Assembly: GCA_965222075.1 (NCBI GenBank)
Contig: OZ244937.1
Coordinates: 3,083,670 to 3,147,669, forward strand
From: Candidatus Latescibacterota bacterium
Lineage (GTDB): Bacteria > Latescibacterota > UBA2968 > GCA-2709665
Length of the DNA: 64,000 bases
Direction of reading: 5' to 3'
Both the position numbers and the translations under genes were made by a program. The notes under the pieces are model-generated. The model was not told the origin of the DNA. It saw only the letters and a program-made list of their open reading frames with translations, and made no database searches. Of the stretch, positions 1-10,400 are shown piece after piece (the first letter of the stretch is position 1; every line of letters begins with the position of its first letter).

Positions 1-1818
1 TCTAACCTTCTCTTCCGAATCAAGGCGGATGACCAGGCGGGCATTTCCCCGAACGGCCACAAAGCAGCCTTCCTCTTCAATTACCTCCACCCCGTACTCA
101 AAGTGCCACCGGGCAACGTGCGGTCTTCCGGCATCCCCCTCTACCCGGTCCCGGACGGTCCAGCCCCTGCGGAATCGGAAGGTGACCTCACGGGACAAGG
201 TTACGCCGGGATAGCCCTGATGGGCGCTTGCCACCCGGATGCAGTTGTGGATCTTCTGCCAGTGAGTTTGAACCGGTGTGGGTTTCGGCCCCCATCTGGA
301 GATCAGCGATTCTATGGACCGGGCGGGCTGTCCGCCCACGAGGACCACATTGTGGGAGGTCATTGCGTAGAGATGGCCCCGGCTGGCCCTCTTTTTGGCC
401 TGCCGATTCCGGTTGAAGTACGAATAAAGTTCGGATATCGGGGTGCCGACTACCGATTCGCCACAGACGACGAGCTGCAATGAGAGGGCATCATCGTGGG
501 CATGGTTGGGGATGCCGGGGCCGGGGACCGAGAGGGACATGGCCGAGGCGCTGGGCGTCCAGGCATCCCGCGCGACGAAATATCCCGATACAGGATAATG
601 AGCCGTGAGGGGCAGGTCTTTGGGCGGAGGGAGTTTCAGGGCCGGCCGATCTTCGGGCTGGAACTGTTTTTTTAACCGGAGGCGCTTCGCCACGTCAGCA
701 GCGGTCCGGCTCTTGAGGAGGTTTGCGGCGGCACCCAGCAGATGAGCGCTCGACCGCTCATCGGAGCTGCCGTCTCCGATATCGGGTTGGGAGCCGTCCG
801 GGAGCGTGAGCAGAGCGACCATTTCGGCGCACTTCCTGAGCCGGGTCTTTCCTCTTTGATCCAGCAGGGGGATGCGGTTTAAGGCGGCGAGGCGCAGCGG
901 GATCAGGAACATGTGGAGGGCAGAGATGGTGTAAGCGGCCGACCGCTCCTCGTAGCCGCCGTCGGCGAGGAAGCTGCGTTCGATGTGTCTGACGATGACG
1001 GGCCTGGCTTGGTCGACCAGTATGCGCACTTCCGGAAACTCGGGGAGCATGATGCCGAAGATCAGGGGCGCGGTTCCCCGCTCCCAGAGGTGGTGGTTGG
1101 CCGGCACATATTTGCTTTTGGCGTAGTTGCGGTACTGGATTGCGATAAACCAGAGCGATTTGAGAAGTCCGAAAGTCGTATCGAGTGGAACCTGGGGGGC
1201 GAAGGCGATGCCACCGTAGAGGGCGTCAACCCAGGCGAGCCACCGGTAGGCGGTGGTCATGGTATCGTGCCCGTCGGAATGGGACAATACGGCGGTACCG
1301 GGGTGGAATTCGGGACCTACGACTAAGGGCCAATCAGCCCGCCAGCGGTCGACGAATTCGGCGAATTTCTCGGCGTAGGTCGCACGGCCGGTTTCGGCGT
1401 ATGCGATGGCCAGGTCGCGGAAGAAGTTGCCCCGTTTCAACCTGTACGGCGTGGAGGTGAGCTGTCGCATCTCCGCGGTGCGCCACTTAAGGTTCTTACC
1501 GAAGTCCCACACGCGTGAGGGGTCATCTTTCCTCAGAAGGAAGCGGTTTTCCAGTAGGGCCTCCGCCCGGCTCGGGTCTCCCATTTCACGGTCGGGCCAG
1601 GCGGAGGTGACCTTCCCGCGTTTCCCGGACCGGAGGTCAAAAAACCATCTGGGGCGCTGCCGCGTGCGAAAGTGGTCCACCAGCAGGCGCTTTGCCCCCT
1701 CCAGGTCTCCAGCATCGCGGGCGCGGCGTATCTTCGCCAGATCGCGGCGCATAGGGTCGAGCGCGTTGAGGAAGTCGAGGTCGCTGACGGTGCATTCGTT
1801 TCTGGGAATTTTGGCCAT
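1..1818 (-). CDS. Heparinase II/III-like (alginate-lyase-fold) family protein, partial (N-terminal 606 codons; C-terminus lies beyond window start)
   Basis: Reverse-strand reading frame is open from ATG 1818 (GGAGG 8 nt upstream) to position 1; lines 1-540 checked codon by codon with no stops. Translation (MAKIPRNECTVSDLDF...NHHLWERG...NHAHDDALSLQLVVCGE...) carries the N-H-x-LWE and H-A-H-D-D motifs typical of Hepar_II_III/alginate lyase proteins. Absent from ORF table only because it has no stop within the window. Confidence 0.6.
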   Translation of the reverse strand, partial: MAKIPRNECTVSDLDFLNALDPMRRDLAKIRRARDAGDLEGAKRLLVDHFRTRQRPRWFFDLRSGKRGKVTSAWPDREMGDPSRAEALLENRFLLRKDDPSRVWDFGKNLKWRTAEMRQLTSTPYRLKRGNFFRDLAIAYAETGRATYAEKFAEFVDRWRADWPLVVGPEFHPGTAVLSHSDGHDTMTTAYRWLAWVDALYGGIAFAPQVPLDTTFGLLKSLWFIAIQYRNYAKSKYVPANHHLWERGTAPLIFGIMLPEFPEVRILVDQARPVIVRHIERSFLADGGYEERSAAYTISALHMFLIPLRLAALNRIPLLDQRGKTRLRKCAEMVALLTLPDGSQPDIGDGSSDERSSAHLLGAAANLLKSRTAADVAKRLRLKKQFQPEDRPALKLPPPKDLPLTAHYPVSGYFVARDAWTPSASAMSLSVPGPGIPNHAHDDALSLQLVVCGESVVGTPISELYSYFNRNRQAKKRASRGHLYAMTSHNVVLVGGQPARSIESLISRWGPKPTPVQTHWQKIHNCIRVASAHQGYPGVTLSREVTFRFRRGWTVRDRVEGDAGRPHVARWHFEYGVEVIEEEGCFVAVRGNARLVIRLDSEEKVR

Positions 1819-1939
1819 GTTTGGACCTCCAAGGTCGAGATCGCCGTCCAGTTCCCCTCATCTACAGAGCGGGCGCAAGGCCCTGCGCCCGCCTGGTCGG
1901 ATAACCTGAACCGGTGTACTCTCCGCAATTCCCGATCCG

Positions 1940-2866
1940 TTATTTCCTATCCCGCACGCACTCAAGCGACTCTGCCATGCCCCGGATGAGCTCGGGCCCT
2001 GCGCCGTCGTCGCCCCCGATATAGTGGATGCCCTCCGCCTTTGCGCGCAGGGCGTAATTGCCCATCTCCACGCCCGGGATGATAACCGACTCTAAGAACG
2101 GCTCCCAGTTGTTGGGGCCGCTCGTGCGGTGCCCGGCAGGAACGAACGCAACCGGCGCGTCCACAGCCCGCCGCATCGCCCGCACATGAGGCCACATCAT
2201 GCCCGGCTCCATCCCGCCGTTGATGCCCACAACGTCGGCGCCGGCGTCGGCCAGGGTGCGTGCGCACTCCGCGGGCGAGGCGTTTTCCTTTTCCACGGGC
2301 TCGTCGGACTTGAACCGCTTCTTCAACCAGATCTTTCCGTTCATGCAGGCCACCGTGGGAAGGCCGGCCTTTTTGCAGCACGCCAGCGCAAGGGTGGCCT
2401 CCTCCAGCCAGGGGAAAGACGCGCAAACCAGGAAGTCCACGCCCTCGTCCACGAGCACTCCGATCTGTTCCTCCCATTCGGCCTGCGCCCTCCCGTGCGA
2501 AGCGGCGTCCCCCGGTGTGTAGATCGCGCTTTCGCCCACGGTCCCGGCAATCAGAGCCTCGTCGCCCGCGACCTGCCTGGCCATCTGCACCGCAACGCGG
2601 TTGGCCTCTTCCACGCGGTCCCCCCACCCCGCTTTGCCCTTCTGCTCCAGGTGGGTGCGCGTGGCCCACCGGGTAAGGGTCTGCAGCACCCGGGAACCTG
2701 CGCGGAAGAAATCCTGGTGGAGCAGCCGCACCACGTGGGGAAACTCTAAAATAGCCTTCGGCGTGCCGTAGCCGCGGAACCTCAGCTCCAGGATATATCC
2801 ACCGTCGGCCAGAACGAAATTTTCTTTCAGCAGATTCAGGATATTTTTTTTGTCGGCCATCCTCAT
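1940..2866 (-). CDS. Homocysteine S-methyltransferase (Pfam S-methyl_trans, BHMT/MmuM-like) family paralog lacking the three Zn-binding cysteines
   Basis: 308 aa. Aligns along full length with the downstream paralog and with BHMT (FRAGS.VLQTLT, GVDFL, GGDDGAGPELIR). The NCG and GCCG Zn-ligand motifs are replaced by NGG and GDDG. Confidence 0.7.
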   Translation of the reverse strand: MRMADKKNILNLLKENFVLADGGYILELRFRGYGTPKAILEFPHVVRLLHQDFFRAGSRVLQTLTRWATRTHLEQKGKAGWGDRVEEANRVAVQMARQVAGDEALIAGTVGESAIYTPGDAASHGRAQAEWEEQIGVLVDEGVDFLVCASFPWLEEATLALACCKKAGLPTVACMNGKIWLKKRFKSDEPVEKENASPAECARTLADAGADVVGINGGMEPGMMWPHVRAMRRAVDAPVAFVPAGHRTSGPNNWEPFLESVIIPGVEMGNYALRAKAEGIHYIGGDDGAGPELIRGMAESLECVRDRK

Positions 2867-2921
2867 TTTCTTATCCGTTGTTCGCGGTTCGGTGGAGGGA
2901 ACCCGTCCCGGTTCACAGTCG

Positions 2922-3842
2922 TCAGATCGGATACCGCTCCCGGCCCAAAGCCTGTGCCATTGCGCGGATAATCTCGGGGCCCGCCCCGCAGCAACCGGCG
3001 ATATATTCGATGCCCTCTTCTCTTGCCTTGAGCGCGTAGTGGGCCATCTCAGCGCCAGGGATGATCATGGACTCGTGCATCTGCCGGTACCCGGGCACCC
3101 GCCTCTGGAAGCCGCCCGGCATAAAGACCATGGGCGCATCCACCGCGTTTCGCATCTCTAAGACGAGGGGAAACATCACGCCCGGTTCAATGCCGCAGTT
3201 CATCCCGACGATATCGGCGCCGTGGTCGACCATGAAGCGCGCGCACTCCGCGGGAGGGGCGGTTTCCACCCGGTCCCACCTGACGGTCCGCTCCAGCCAG
3301 ACCGTGCCGGTCATGCAGGCCACCACCGGCAGATCGGTCTTTTTACAGCATTCCAACACCAGCTTTATCTCCCCCAGTCGGTGGAATGCCTCGCAGATGA
3401 GGAAATCCACGCCCTCGTCGGCCATAATCTCGATCTGCTGGTCCCATTCGGCCTGCGCCCGGGCGCACGGATCCGGGTCGTCCAGGTCGATCTGATTGGG
3501 AGGATAGGCCGCCTGGCAGAGCGAGCCGGCCACGAAAGCCTCGCCCTCGGCAGCCTCCTTCGCCATCCGAATCGCCGTGCGGTTCACCTCCTCCACGCGG
3601 GAAGCCCAGCCCTTTTTCCCTCGGGCGTCCAGGTAACTGCCCGTGGACCACCAGGTAAGCGCCTGCAGCACCTGCGCGCCCGCCCGGAAGAAGTCGGCGT
3701 GGATCTGGTTCAGAACTTCCGGAAATTCCACCGTAATCCTTGGTGTGCTGTAGCCGCGGAACCCCGCTTCCGAGAGCATTCCGCCGTCACCTAAAACGAA
3801 GTCTTCTTTTACCCTGGCCAGAATATTTTTCTTATCCTCCAT
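2922..3842 (-). CDS. Homocysteine S-methyltransferase family protein (BHMT/MmuM-like), Zn ligands intact
   Basis: 306 aa. FRAGAQVLQALT, IVGMNCG, YIAGCCGAGPEIIRAM motifs match betaine/S-methylmethionine-homocysteine methyltransferase Zn-site cysteines. Confidence 0.8.
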   Translation of the reverse strand: MEDKKNILARVKEDFVLGDGGMLSEAGFRGYSTPRITVEFPEVLNQIHADFFRAGAQVLQALTWWSTGSYLDARGKKGWASRVEEVNRTAIRMAKEAAEGEAFVAGSLCQAAYPPNQIDLDDPDPCARAQAEWDQQIEIMADEGVDFLICEAFHRLGEIKLVLECCKKTDLPVVACMTGTVWLERTVRWDRVETAPPAECARFMVDHGADIVGMNCGIEPGVMFPLVLEMRNAVDAPMVFMPGGFQRRVPGYRQMHESMIIPGAEMAHYALKAREEGIEYIAGCCGAGPEIIRAMAQALGRERYPI

Positions 3843-3891
3843 TCCTTACCCTTCCCCTTTTGGACCGTCCACAGCGCCTATGGCCCCGCGT

Positions 3892-3935
3892 AAAAAAAGG
3901 CGATCAGCCGCGACCTTCCGTCGCGGCTGATCGCC
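3892..3935 (-). terminator. Rho-independent terminator downstream of PorV-like gene (minus strand)
   Basis: Perfect 15-bp stem GGCGATCAGCCGCGA / TCGCGGCTGATCGCC with a 7-nt loop. On the minus strand it is followed immediately by a 7-T tract (forward aaaaaaa at 3892-3898). Confidence 0.75.
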
Positions 3936-3991
3936 TGTCCCCTCTTAACCCCCCCCATCCTCCAACTCCTTTATTCAATACAACAGCCGTC

Positions 3992-4996
3992 TCAGAACGT
4001 TCCCCCCAGCGTTACCCGGACCGGCGCGTTGAAATAGGCGCCCATATCCGTATAGGAAACATCTAAGGTAATCGTCCGGTCTCCGGCAACCGTGTAGTTC
4101 AGCCCCGCCCCCGCGCTGAAGCTGTCCGTATCGTAGTTGAACTTGTAGCCCGCCCGCAGCGCAAAGATATTCTGAAACCACATCTCTGCCCCCACGTGGG
4201 CGCGAAGCTCGTAGTCCGTCGCAAACACAGACTCCGCCGACAGCGTCAAATAACTGGGACCGCCCTTCTCTCCCATCGCCTCCATCGCCGCGGCCACATT
4301 GTAATTGATGGGCATAATAAACTTGCTGTCCCTGGACGTCTTATCCGGACCAAAGTGCTTCATGGCCATGCCCAGGCGCAGGCTCCTGAAGCCCGTGTGG
4401 AAATGTGTCCCCACGTCGATGCTGACAGAACTCAGACTTTCGGTGAACAGCGTCTGGTTGATCCAGGACACCCGCGCGGCGAAGGAAAATTTGTCCGTCA
4501 TCTTCAACGCGTAGACCAGGCCGACCGACAGATCTCCGGCGTTCACCATCTCACCCGTGCCCTGCGGCTGAAAGATCGTCGTTTCCTCCATCTCCGGCGG
4601 CCGGTAGGCGACCACGCTGAGACCCAGCACCCCGCCCCGGGCCGTGCCCGTATTCCAGGCAGCCGCTCCGGAAAAGACGTGGGAGTCCGCCAGCCACCTC
4701 GTATACGACGCCGTCCAGGCCGTCCCCCGGATGGCCGTCAGCCCCGCCGGGTTCCAGAAGATCGCGTTGATATCGTCCACCACGGCCGTATACGCGTCCC
4801 CCATCCCCACGGCCCGTGCGCCCTGGCTGATTTTCAGAAATTGAAAACCCCCTAAGCCCACGAACGTGTGCGCGTCGGTCCGCCGCTCTGCAGTAGGGAC
4901 GTCTTGAGCCGTTGCCGTGTATTGCGCCTCGCTCACGGACGACAGGAACAGAGCCCCCATCGCCACAGGCAGAAAGCCAAGAATCCACCGTTTCAT
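3992..4996 (-). CDS. Outer-membrane beta-barrel protein, PorV/LptO / FadL-like (UPF0164-type)
   Basis: 334 aa with N-terminal signal peptide. GMGDAYTAVVDDINAIFWNPAGL motif characteristic of PorV/FadL-type barrels. C-terminal aromatic residue. Lies immediately downstream of a T9SS-CTD cargo gene. Confidence 0.55.
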   Translation of the reverse strand: MKRWILGFLPVAMGALFLSSVSEAQYTATAQDVPTAERRTDAHTFVGLGGFQFLKISQGARAVGMGDAYTAVVDDINAIFWNPAGLTAIRGTAWTASYTRWLADSHVFSGAAAWNTGTARGGVLGLSVVAYRPPEMEETTIFQPQGTGEMVNAGDLSVGLVYALKMTDKFSFAARVSWINQTLFTESLSSVSIDVGTHFHTGFRSLRLGMAMKHFGPDKTSRDSKFIMPINYNVAAAMEAMGEKGGPSYLTLSAESVFATDYELRAHVGAEMWFQNIFALRAGYKFNYDTDSFSAGAGLNYTVAGDRTITLDVSYTDMGAYFNAPVRVTLGGTF

Positions 4997-5012
4997 CAGG
5001 TCTTCTCCTTAT

Positions 5013-7382
5013 CTACTTGATGACCATGAGGGCGCCCCTCTGGAGCTGGCCGAAATTGGGACCCGGAACGAGATTCTCCACCACCCAGATGTACACGCCT
5101 GTGGCAATCACGCCGTTCTGAGTCCACAGGTCCTGGCTATAATCATGCTCCGCTTTGGTCGACGCATCGTGAACCACGTCTGAAGCCAAATCTCCGGATG
5201 TGGTAAACACCCGGATGCGGCACTTCGACGGGATGCCCACAAAGCGAATCTTACTGGAGCCCGGATACGCATGCGCCTCATCCAGAATAAATGGATTGGG
5301 CACGGTGCGTATCTTGACGGCCATCGCCTCGGTCTGCGTGCTCGGCACGGCAAAGGGAGACTCATCGGCCCTCGTCCGCTGCGTCGATGCAGAATAGCCA
5401 CCCTCCTGGCCTACCTGCACGTGACTTATGACATGGCCCGGCAAGTCCGCCATCGAAAGCGGGTGCATGGCCGCATCGCTGGTGCCCGAAGACCAGGTCG
5501 AGTGGGGCTTGGCATACCCCCGAACGCTATAGTGGTAGAAGAACCCGGCTGCCGATCTTACATCGGTGAACCGGTAAAGCCCACCCTCCCGGCTCACCGT
5601 ATAATTCGGCGCCTCCGTGCCCGTCGTTCCCGCCGGAATGTCCGCCACCAGCTCCCAGGGCCCCATGTCGAACCAGGTGGAGCGATACACCCGGTATCCC
5701 GCAATATCGGCCGAACCGAAGTCGGGGTGCGCCGAACGCTCGATCTCCGCAGGCCAGTCGACCGTCATCTGCGCAACGCCATTGCTGCCCGTCCGGAAAT
5801 TCACGTCCGGCGGTGCGTCCGGAATGTCAAAGCCGTTGTCGTAGGCAAACTGTGCGGCCTCAAGGTTCTGCTTCATCGCATCCAGGCCCCTGGACAGTTC
5901 ATTCTGATTGCCCTTCTGCGCCCACGTAAACGCGTCCGTATTCCCCAGCATCTGTCCAGGGTGGCCGGCCAGATACGCCACCACGATCTTCGTCTTCTCG
6001 CCCGGTCCCAGATCGTACGGTCCGAACAGCATCATGCTGAATTGCCCGCTCGGGTGGTCCGTGTCCGGCTCGAACCGCCGGCCGGTCCCCACGATCTCGG
6101 AGTGAATCGAAGCCGCCGTCCGAACGGCCAGAAAGGGATCCTCCTGCACGTTCGTATCGAACACCTCCCAGTAGTGCAGGGCGTATGGCTGATCCCCCTC
6201 CGGATCCACATATCCCTGGTCCCGGGCGTTGAAGGCATGGGGACCGGACTGGTTCGTAAACGCGATCGGCGCCACGCCCACGTGCGCCATCGACAGCAGC
6301 ATATCCTCCGTCTGGCCGATCTTACCCCCCACTGCCAGGGTTCCGGCCGCGAAGGCGTCTTTGTATGGGTCGCCCGTATCGTCCCAGGGCGCTACCAGGG
6401 GCTCGTCGCCGTCCCAGGTGTAAAGCAGCTTGAGACTCGGGTCGTACTGGTACCAGTCGTCCATGCCCCGGGCGTGCTCCCGCCACCAGTACTGATAGAG
6501 GTAGTGCTGCCCCGCGGCGCTCAGGCTGATCCGATCCATGAACCCGACAAAGAGGTCGCTCTGAGGGATTTCCGGCAGGTCCCGCTCCCCGTCCCCGTCC
6601 GTATCTCCGGTGTTCTCGATCACGTACTCGTCGATGAAAAAATCGTCGAAGTCCGGGTGGCTCCACCCTGAGATCCGCTCCGTAAAAGTCAGTCCCTGGG
6701 AAGTCGTCCACTTCGTGACAATGATCTCTTCGGGCCATTCGTCGAAGCTCTGGTACTCCCCCAGGTTGAAATTGTTGATGTGGATCGGCTGCCTGGAGAA
6801 AGCCTGCGCGTTGCGCTCATCTTCGATCAGCGTGGACCCGGGCCACCAGTTTCCGCCCAGGCTCGTCTCTACCACCCCATCGGCATCGCCCGCTCCATAG
6901 CCCATTTTCACCGTCGGTCGACGCTGCAGGTGGATCTCCTTCCCCAGCTTCGACAGGTCCGGATCGGCGCTGACGTCATACTGCATGGCCCGGATGTGCT
7001 CGGCCTGGGCGTCGAACCTGGGGCCCGTATAGACCACACCCCCGTCCCCCGACAGCGTCCATACGCCGTGCCCGTAGCGCACCATAAACCGTGAGGCCTC
7101 CCGGTTCTGGCTGCTCGCGGCCTGGAGCCGGGTATCTCCATAGCTGCCGGGTCCACGGGCACCGGACGGATATTCCATATATTGAGACGTACTCTGATCC
7201 ACGAAATACCACCCGCCGTGAATCCCGGCATTGTTTGCCCGGACCGACAGCATCGGGCGGTCCAGGTACTCCTTAAGGGCCTCCTGCTGGGCCCAGAGGC
7301 CGGGAACGCAGGCCAACAGACAAAACACAGCCCATGCAGCCTGCCATGCCCACTTCCAATGCTTAAGTCTCAGCCCATCCAT
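5013..7382 (-). CDS. Secreted protein of unknown enzymatic function with type IX secretion C-terminal sorting domain (Por_Secre_tail)
   Basis: Start chosen at MDGLRLKHWKWAWQAAWAVFCLLACVPGLWAQQ (signal peptide; GGAGG RBS). C-terminus (VPNPFILDEAHAYPGSSKIRFVGIPSKCRIRVFTTSGDLASDVV...GVYIWVVEN...) matches T9SS CTD architecture. Internal FN3-like segment. Confidence 0.6.
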   Translation of the reverse strand: MDGLRLKHWKWAWQAAWAVFCLLACVPGLWAQQEALKEYLDRPMLSVRANNAGIHGGWYFVDQSTSQYMEYPSGARGPGSYGDTRLQAASSQNREASRFMVRYGHGVWTLSGDGGVVYTGPRFDAQAEHIRAMQYDVSADPDLSKLGKEIHLQRRPTVKMGYGAGDADGVVETSLGGNWWPGSTLIEDERNAQAFSRQPIHINNFNLGEYQSFDEWPEEIIVTKWTTSQGLTFTERISGWSHPDFDDFFIDEYVIENTGDTDGDGERDLPEIPQSDLFVGFMDRISLSAAGQHYLYQYWWREHARGMDDWYQYDPSLKLLYTWDGDEPLVAPWDDTGDPYKDAFAAGTLAVGGKIGQTEDMLLSMAHVGVAPIAFTNQSGPHAFNARDQGYVDPEGDQPYALHYWEVFDTNVQEDPFLAVRTAASIHSEIVGTGRRFEPDTDHPSGQFSMMLFGPYDLGPGEKTKIVVAYLAGHPGQMLGNTDAFTWAQKGNQNELSRGLDAMKQNLEAAQFAYDNGFDIPDAPPDVNFRTGSNGVAQMTVDWPAEIERSAHPDFGSADIAGYRVYRSTWFDMGPWELVADIPAGTTGTEAPNYTVSREGGLYRFTDVRSAAGFFYHYSVRGYAKPHSTWSSGTSDAAMHPLSMADLPGHVISHVQVGQEGGYSASTQRTRADESPFAVPSTQTEAMAVKIRTVPNPFILDEAHAYPGSSKIRFVGIPSKCRIRVFTTSGDLASDVVHDASTKAEHDYSQDLWTQNGVIATGVYIWVVENLVPGPNFGQLQRGALMVIK

Positions 7383-7426
7383 ACAAACCTCCTCCTCTAC
7401 TCCACGTTTGGAGGATCCTGGGAAAG

Positions 7427-7455
7427 AGCCGCGCAAATTGGTTAGGCGCGGCCCC
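7427..7455 (-). terminator. Candidate hairpin/attenuator between TonB-receptor and T9SS-cargo genes
   Basis: Minus-strand GCCGCGC...GCGCGGC 7-bp stem followed by a T-rich run, in the 83-nt intergenic gap. Confidence 0.3.
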
Positions 7456-7465
7456 GATTGCATGT

Positions 7466-10400
7466 CTAAAAGATCACCCGGATGCCGAAATGGGTCTGCC
7501 GGGGCTCATAAACCTTACTCGCCTCGGTCAGATCACCGTAATTCAGCAGATTCTTGTCGTCCGGATTGGGGTCCGTCAGCCCGAACCGCATATAGTTTAC
7601 GCCCCTGCTGTTCGTGGCATTGTCCTCGTCGTCGGCCTGGTTGAACAGGTTGCGCGCCTCAACGAAGAACGACGGGCGCACCCGACCTTTTGTGTTGAAC
7701 GTCTTCTCCACACTCAGGTCCACGCGCGTGTTGATCGGTCCTTTGCCGACCTTCTGCTGGCCCCCCGTTGGCCTCCAGGTGAACCGGCGCCCCGTCCGGA
7801 GCCGCCAGAGCATATTCGCCTGCAAATCGCTAACCAGCCAGCTCGTCACCCTGGGTCCGAGCTGCACATTGGAAGGCGTATTCAGGACGAACTGTACGTT
7901 GGCCTGCCCGATACGGCCGCCCACCTTCTCCCCACCCCTCCCTCCCAGAGGGCCGCGGGCCGTACCGGCGTGGTTCCGGTAGTCCGTATAGAACTCGCGG
8001 TCTCCCACATCGCCGAACCGCCCAACGTACCAGAAGTCCCTGCCGTTGGGCGCCGGGGCTTCGTTCTTCGGCCACGACTGCGTCAAAAACCGATCCGGAT
8101 CCACAGCGCTTCGTACGACCCTCGCTGCGTCTGCCGAAAACTCCACTTTCTCCGCCTCTGTCAGCGGCACCGGCGTCTCGGACCCATCCGCGTTGGGTGT
8201 GAAGGCGTACCAGAACTCGGGGCTGGTTATGAAGCTCACGCCCGGATAAAGTCTCTGGCCGGCCTGACCGAGGCCCATCCGGCCGTTGGCCGTCCACATT
8301 GACGCCCATCCCGCCCGGAACGAAAAATAGGTGCTCAACCGCTTGCCCACCGAAACCTCGAACCCCTTGGCATAACCGCCCACCCCATTGGTGGTCTCAC
8401 GCACATACCGCCGGCCGCGCTTCGGGCCTTCCCAGCGCTGGTTGGACTGATAGGTGTGCTGCTGCGTCTCAGAGCGGTAGAACACCACCATTCCCGCCGT
8501 GTAGTCCGCCACGAAATTCCAGTCCGCGCCCACCTCGAACGTCAGCGTCTCCTCCGGACGCGCCCTCGTCCAGCCGTCCAGGCCGCTGTACTTGGTCTCT
8601 GTCGCGTTGAGAAATTCCGTGCTGTCCATCTCACCATTCCCGTTCACGTCCCGCCAGGGAAGCCCGTTGGAGGCGATACTGCCGTAATTTCGGTACGACT
8701 TGGAGTAGATATTGAACAGATCCGGCCACTGGATAAATCGACCCAGCGAAAAGTGGATCTTCATCCGGTCCGTCACCGGGTGAGAAATCCCCAGCCGCGG
8801 GCTGAACACCACCTGCGTCGGGGCCTTGTCAACCAGCCCCCCGCTCACATCCACACCGGACGCGGAGCCCTCCCCGTAGAGAAAATGACGGTTGGTGAAA
8901 GTCCGCCACATCGGCGCGTAATTGACCGCTGCGTCTATGGGCTCCTCGTGCCGGTGGATCTGGAAGTCCACCCGCACCCCCAGGTTCACGATCAACCCCT
9001 GAAACTCCATCTTGTCCTGGACATAGTAAGCTGCCCGGATCGGGTGCGCCGGGCTCTTCAGTGCCCAGGGTTTGTCTCCCCCCGAGTAGTGGTGGAGCCA
9101 CACCTCCGACTTGCTCCGCATCAGCCAGAAGATATACCACGCATCGTAACGGATCAACTCAATGCCCGTCTTGATAAAATGACCTCTGCTAATCTGGCTG
9201 GCCAGGTCGACCTTGAAACTCCAGCGCTTCCGGTCGGAGTTCACCCACGACCCGATCTGTCCGTCGAGGTTGAACCACCCGTCCCTGTCCCGCCGCGGAT
9301 TCGCCGTCACCAGGTGCGCGTTGAGCGTGTCCTGAAGCGTCGCGCTGCGCCCGAAGCGGACCTCGTAGAAGGTCTTGGGTGAGAGGGTATGCGTAAAGGT
9401 CACATACCCAAGGTTGTCGGTATGCCGGTACTGCCCCGTGTAGCTCCAGTTGGTCGGCAGGAAGATATTGCGCCCGTTACCCGACATCCCCCGGCCCGTG
9501 CCGCCCAGACGCCGGGTGGTCTCCATATTCCACGCCGTGTACCGATGCAGGATCATGCCCGCCTTCACCTTGATATTATCCGCCGGCCTCAACGTCAGGC
9601 TCGCCGACCCCTGGATGTTGTTGGGCGCATTGATATACCCCCCCCGGTCGTCGTAAAACCCGTGGCTTTCCGGCGAGGGAATGCGTGCCGCCCGGTGCGC
9701 GTGCCTGGCCGAGACCAAAAACGATGCCTTCGGCCCGATCGGACCGGTCAGGCTGCCCTCTGCCGTATACCCGGACCAGCCCGTGTAATTCTCCCGCACG
9801 TGGATAATCCGGCCCGTCTTCGAATCCGTCTCCGCCAGCCACTCCGGGTCGTCCCATCTCATGTGGTCCAGGTGAATGGGTGAATCGTAGACATTCGACC
9901 CCCAGTGCTTCTTCCCCGCCGGCTCGAAATTGACCTCCGTCCACCCGTGGTAGTCTCGTCCCCCGTCCTGCGTCACGATGCTGATCGTGCCCGCCTGCGC
10001 GTCCCCGTACTCCGCCGGCATCACACCCGTCTCGATCGAGATCTGCTGTACCGCGCTCTTGTTCACACCGGCAAACAAGACCGCGCCGTGCCCGTCTTTG
10101 CCCGTCACCCGTACCCCGTCGATGAGCACCACCGCGTCCGTACCTCTATCGCTGGACGTCTGCCCGCGGGGTGCCCGTCCATCCGTGATATCTCCACCCC
10201 GAATAGAGAAGGTCCCCGCCTGGTCCACGCCTGGCTGCAGGGAGATGAACTCCGTCGTCGTCTTGACCACAGGAAGCTGCTTGATCTCGTCGGCCGACAC
10301 CAGGTACCGGGTCGACGTCTTGTCGATCTCCACCGGCGGGCGCTCCGCCGTCACCACGATCTCGGCCGCCTCAATCGCCTTTTCCTTCAGCGTGAAATCA

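Noticed and set aside
29-1989. Multiple forward-strand and off-frame reverse ORFs (e.g. 103..483, 913..1326, 1406..1909, 1533..1928) with Arg/Pro/Gly-rich translations
   Set aside because: They are shadow ORFs of the high-GC minus-strand heparinase II/III-like gene, whose frame is open across the whole interval and reads as genuine protein. The listed ORFs have low-complexity, R-rich composition.
5271-6671. 466-aa plus-strand ORF antisense to the T9SS cargo gene
   Set aside because: Antisense shadow ORF; no motifs, R/H/P-rich.
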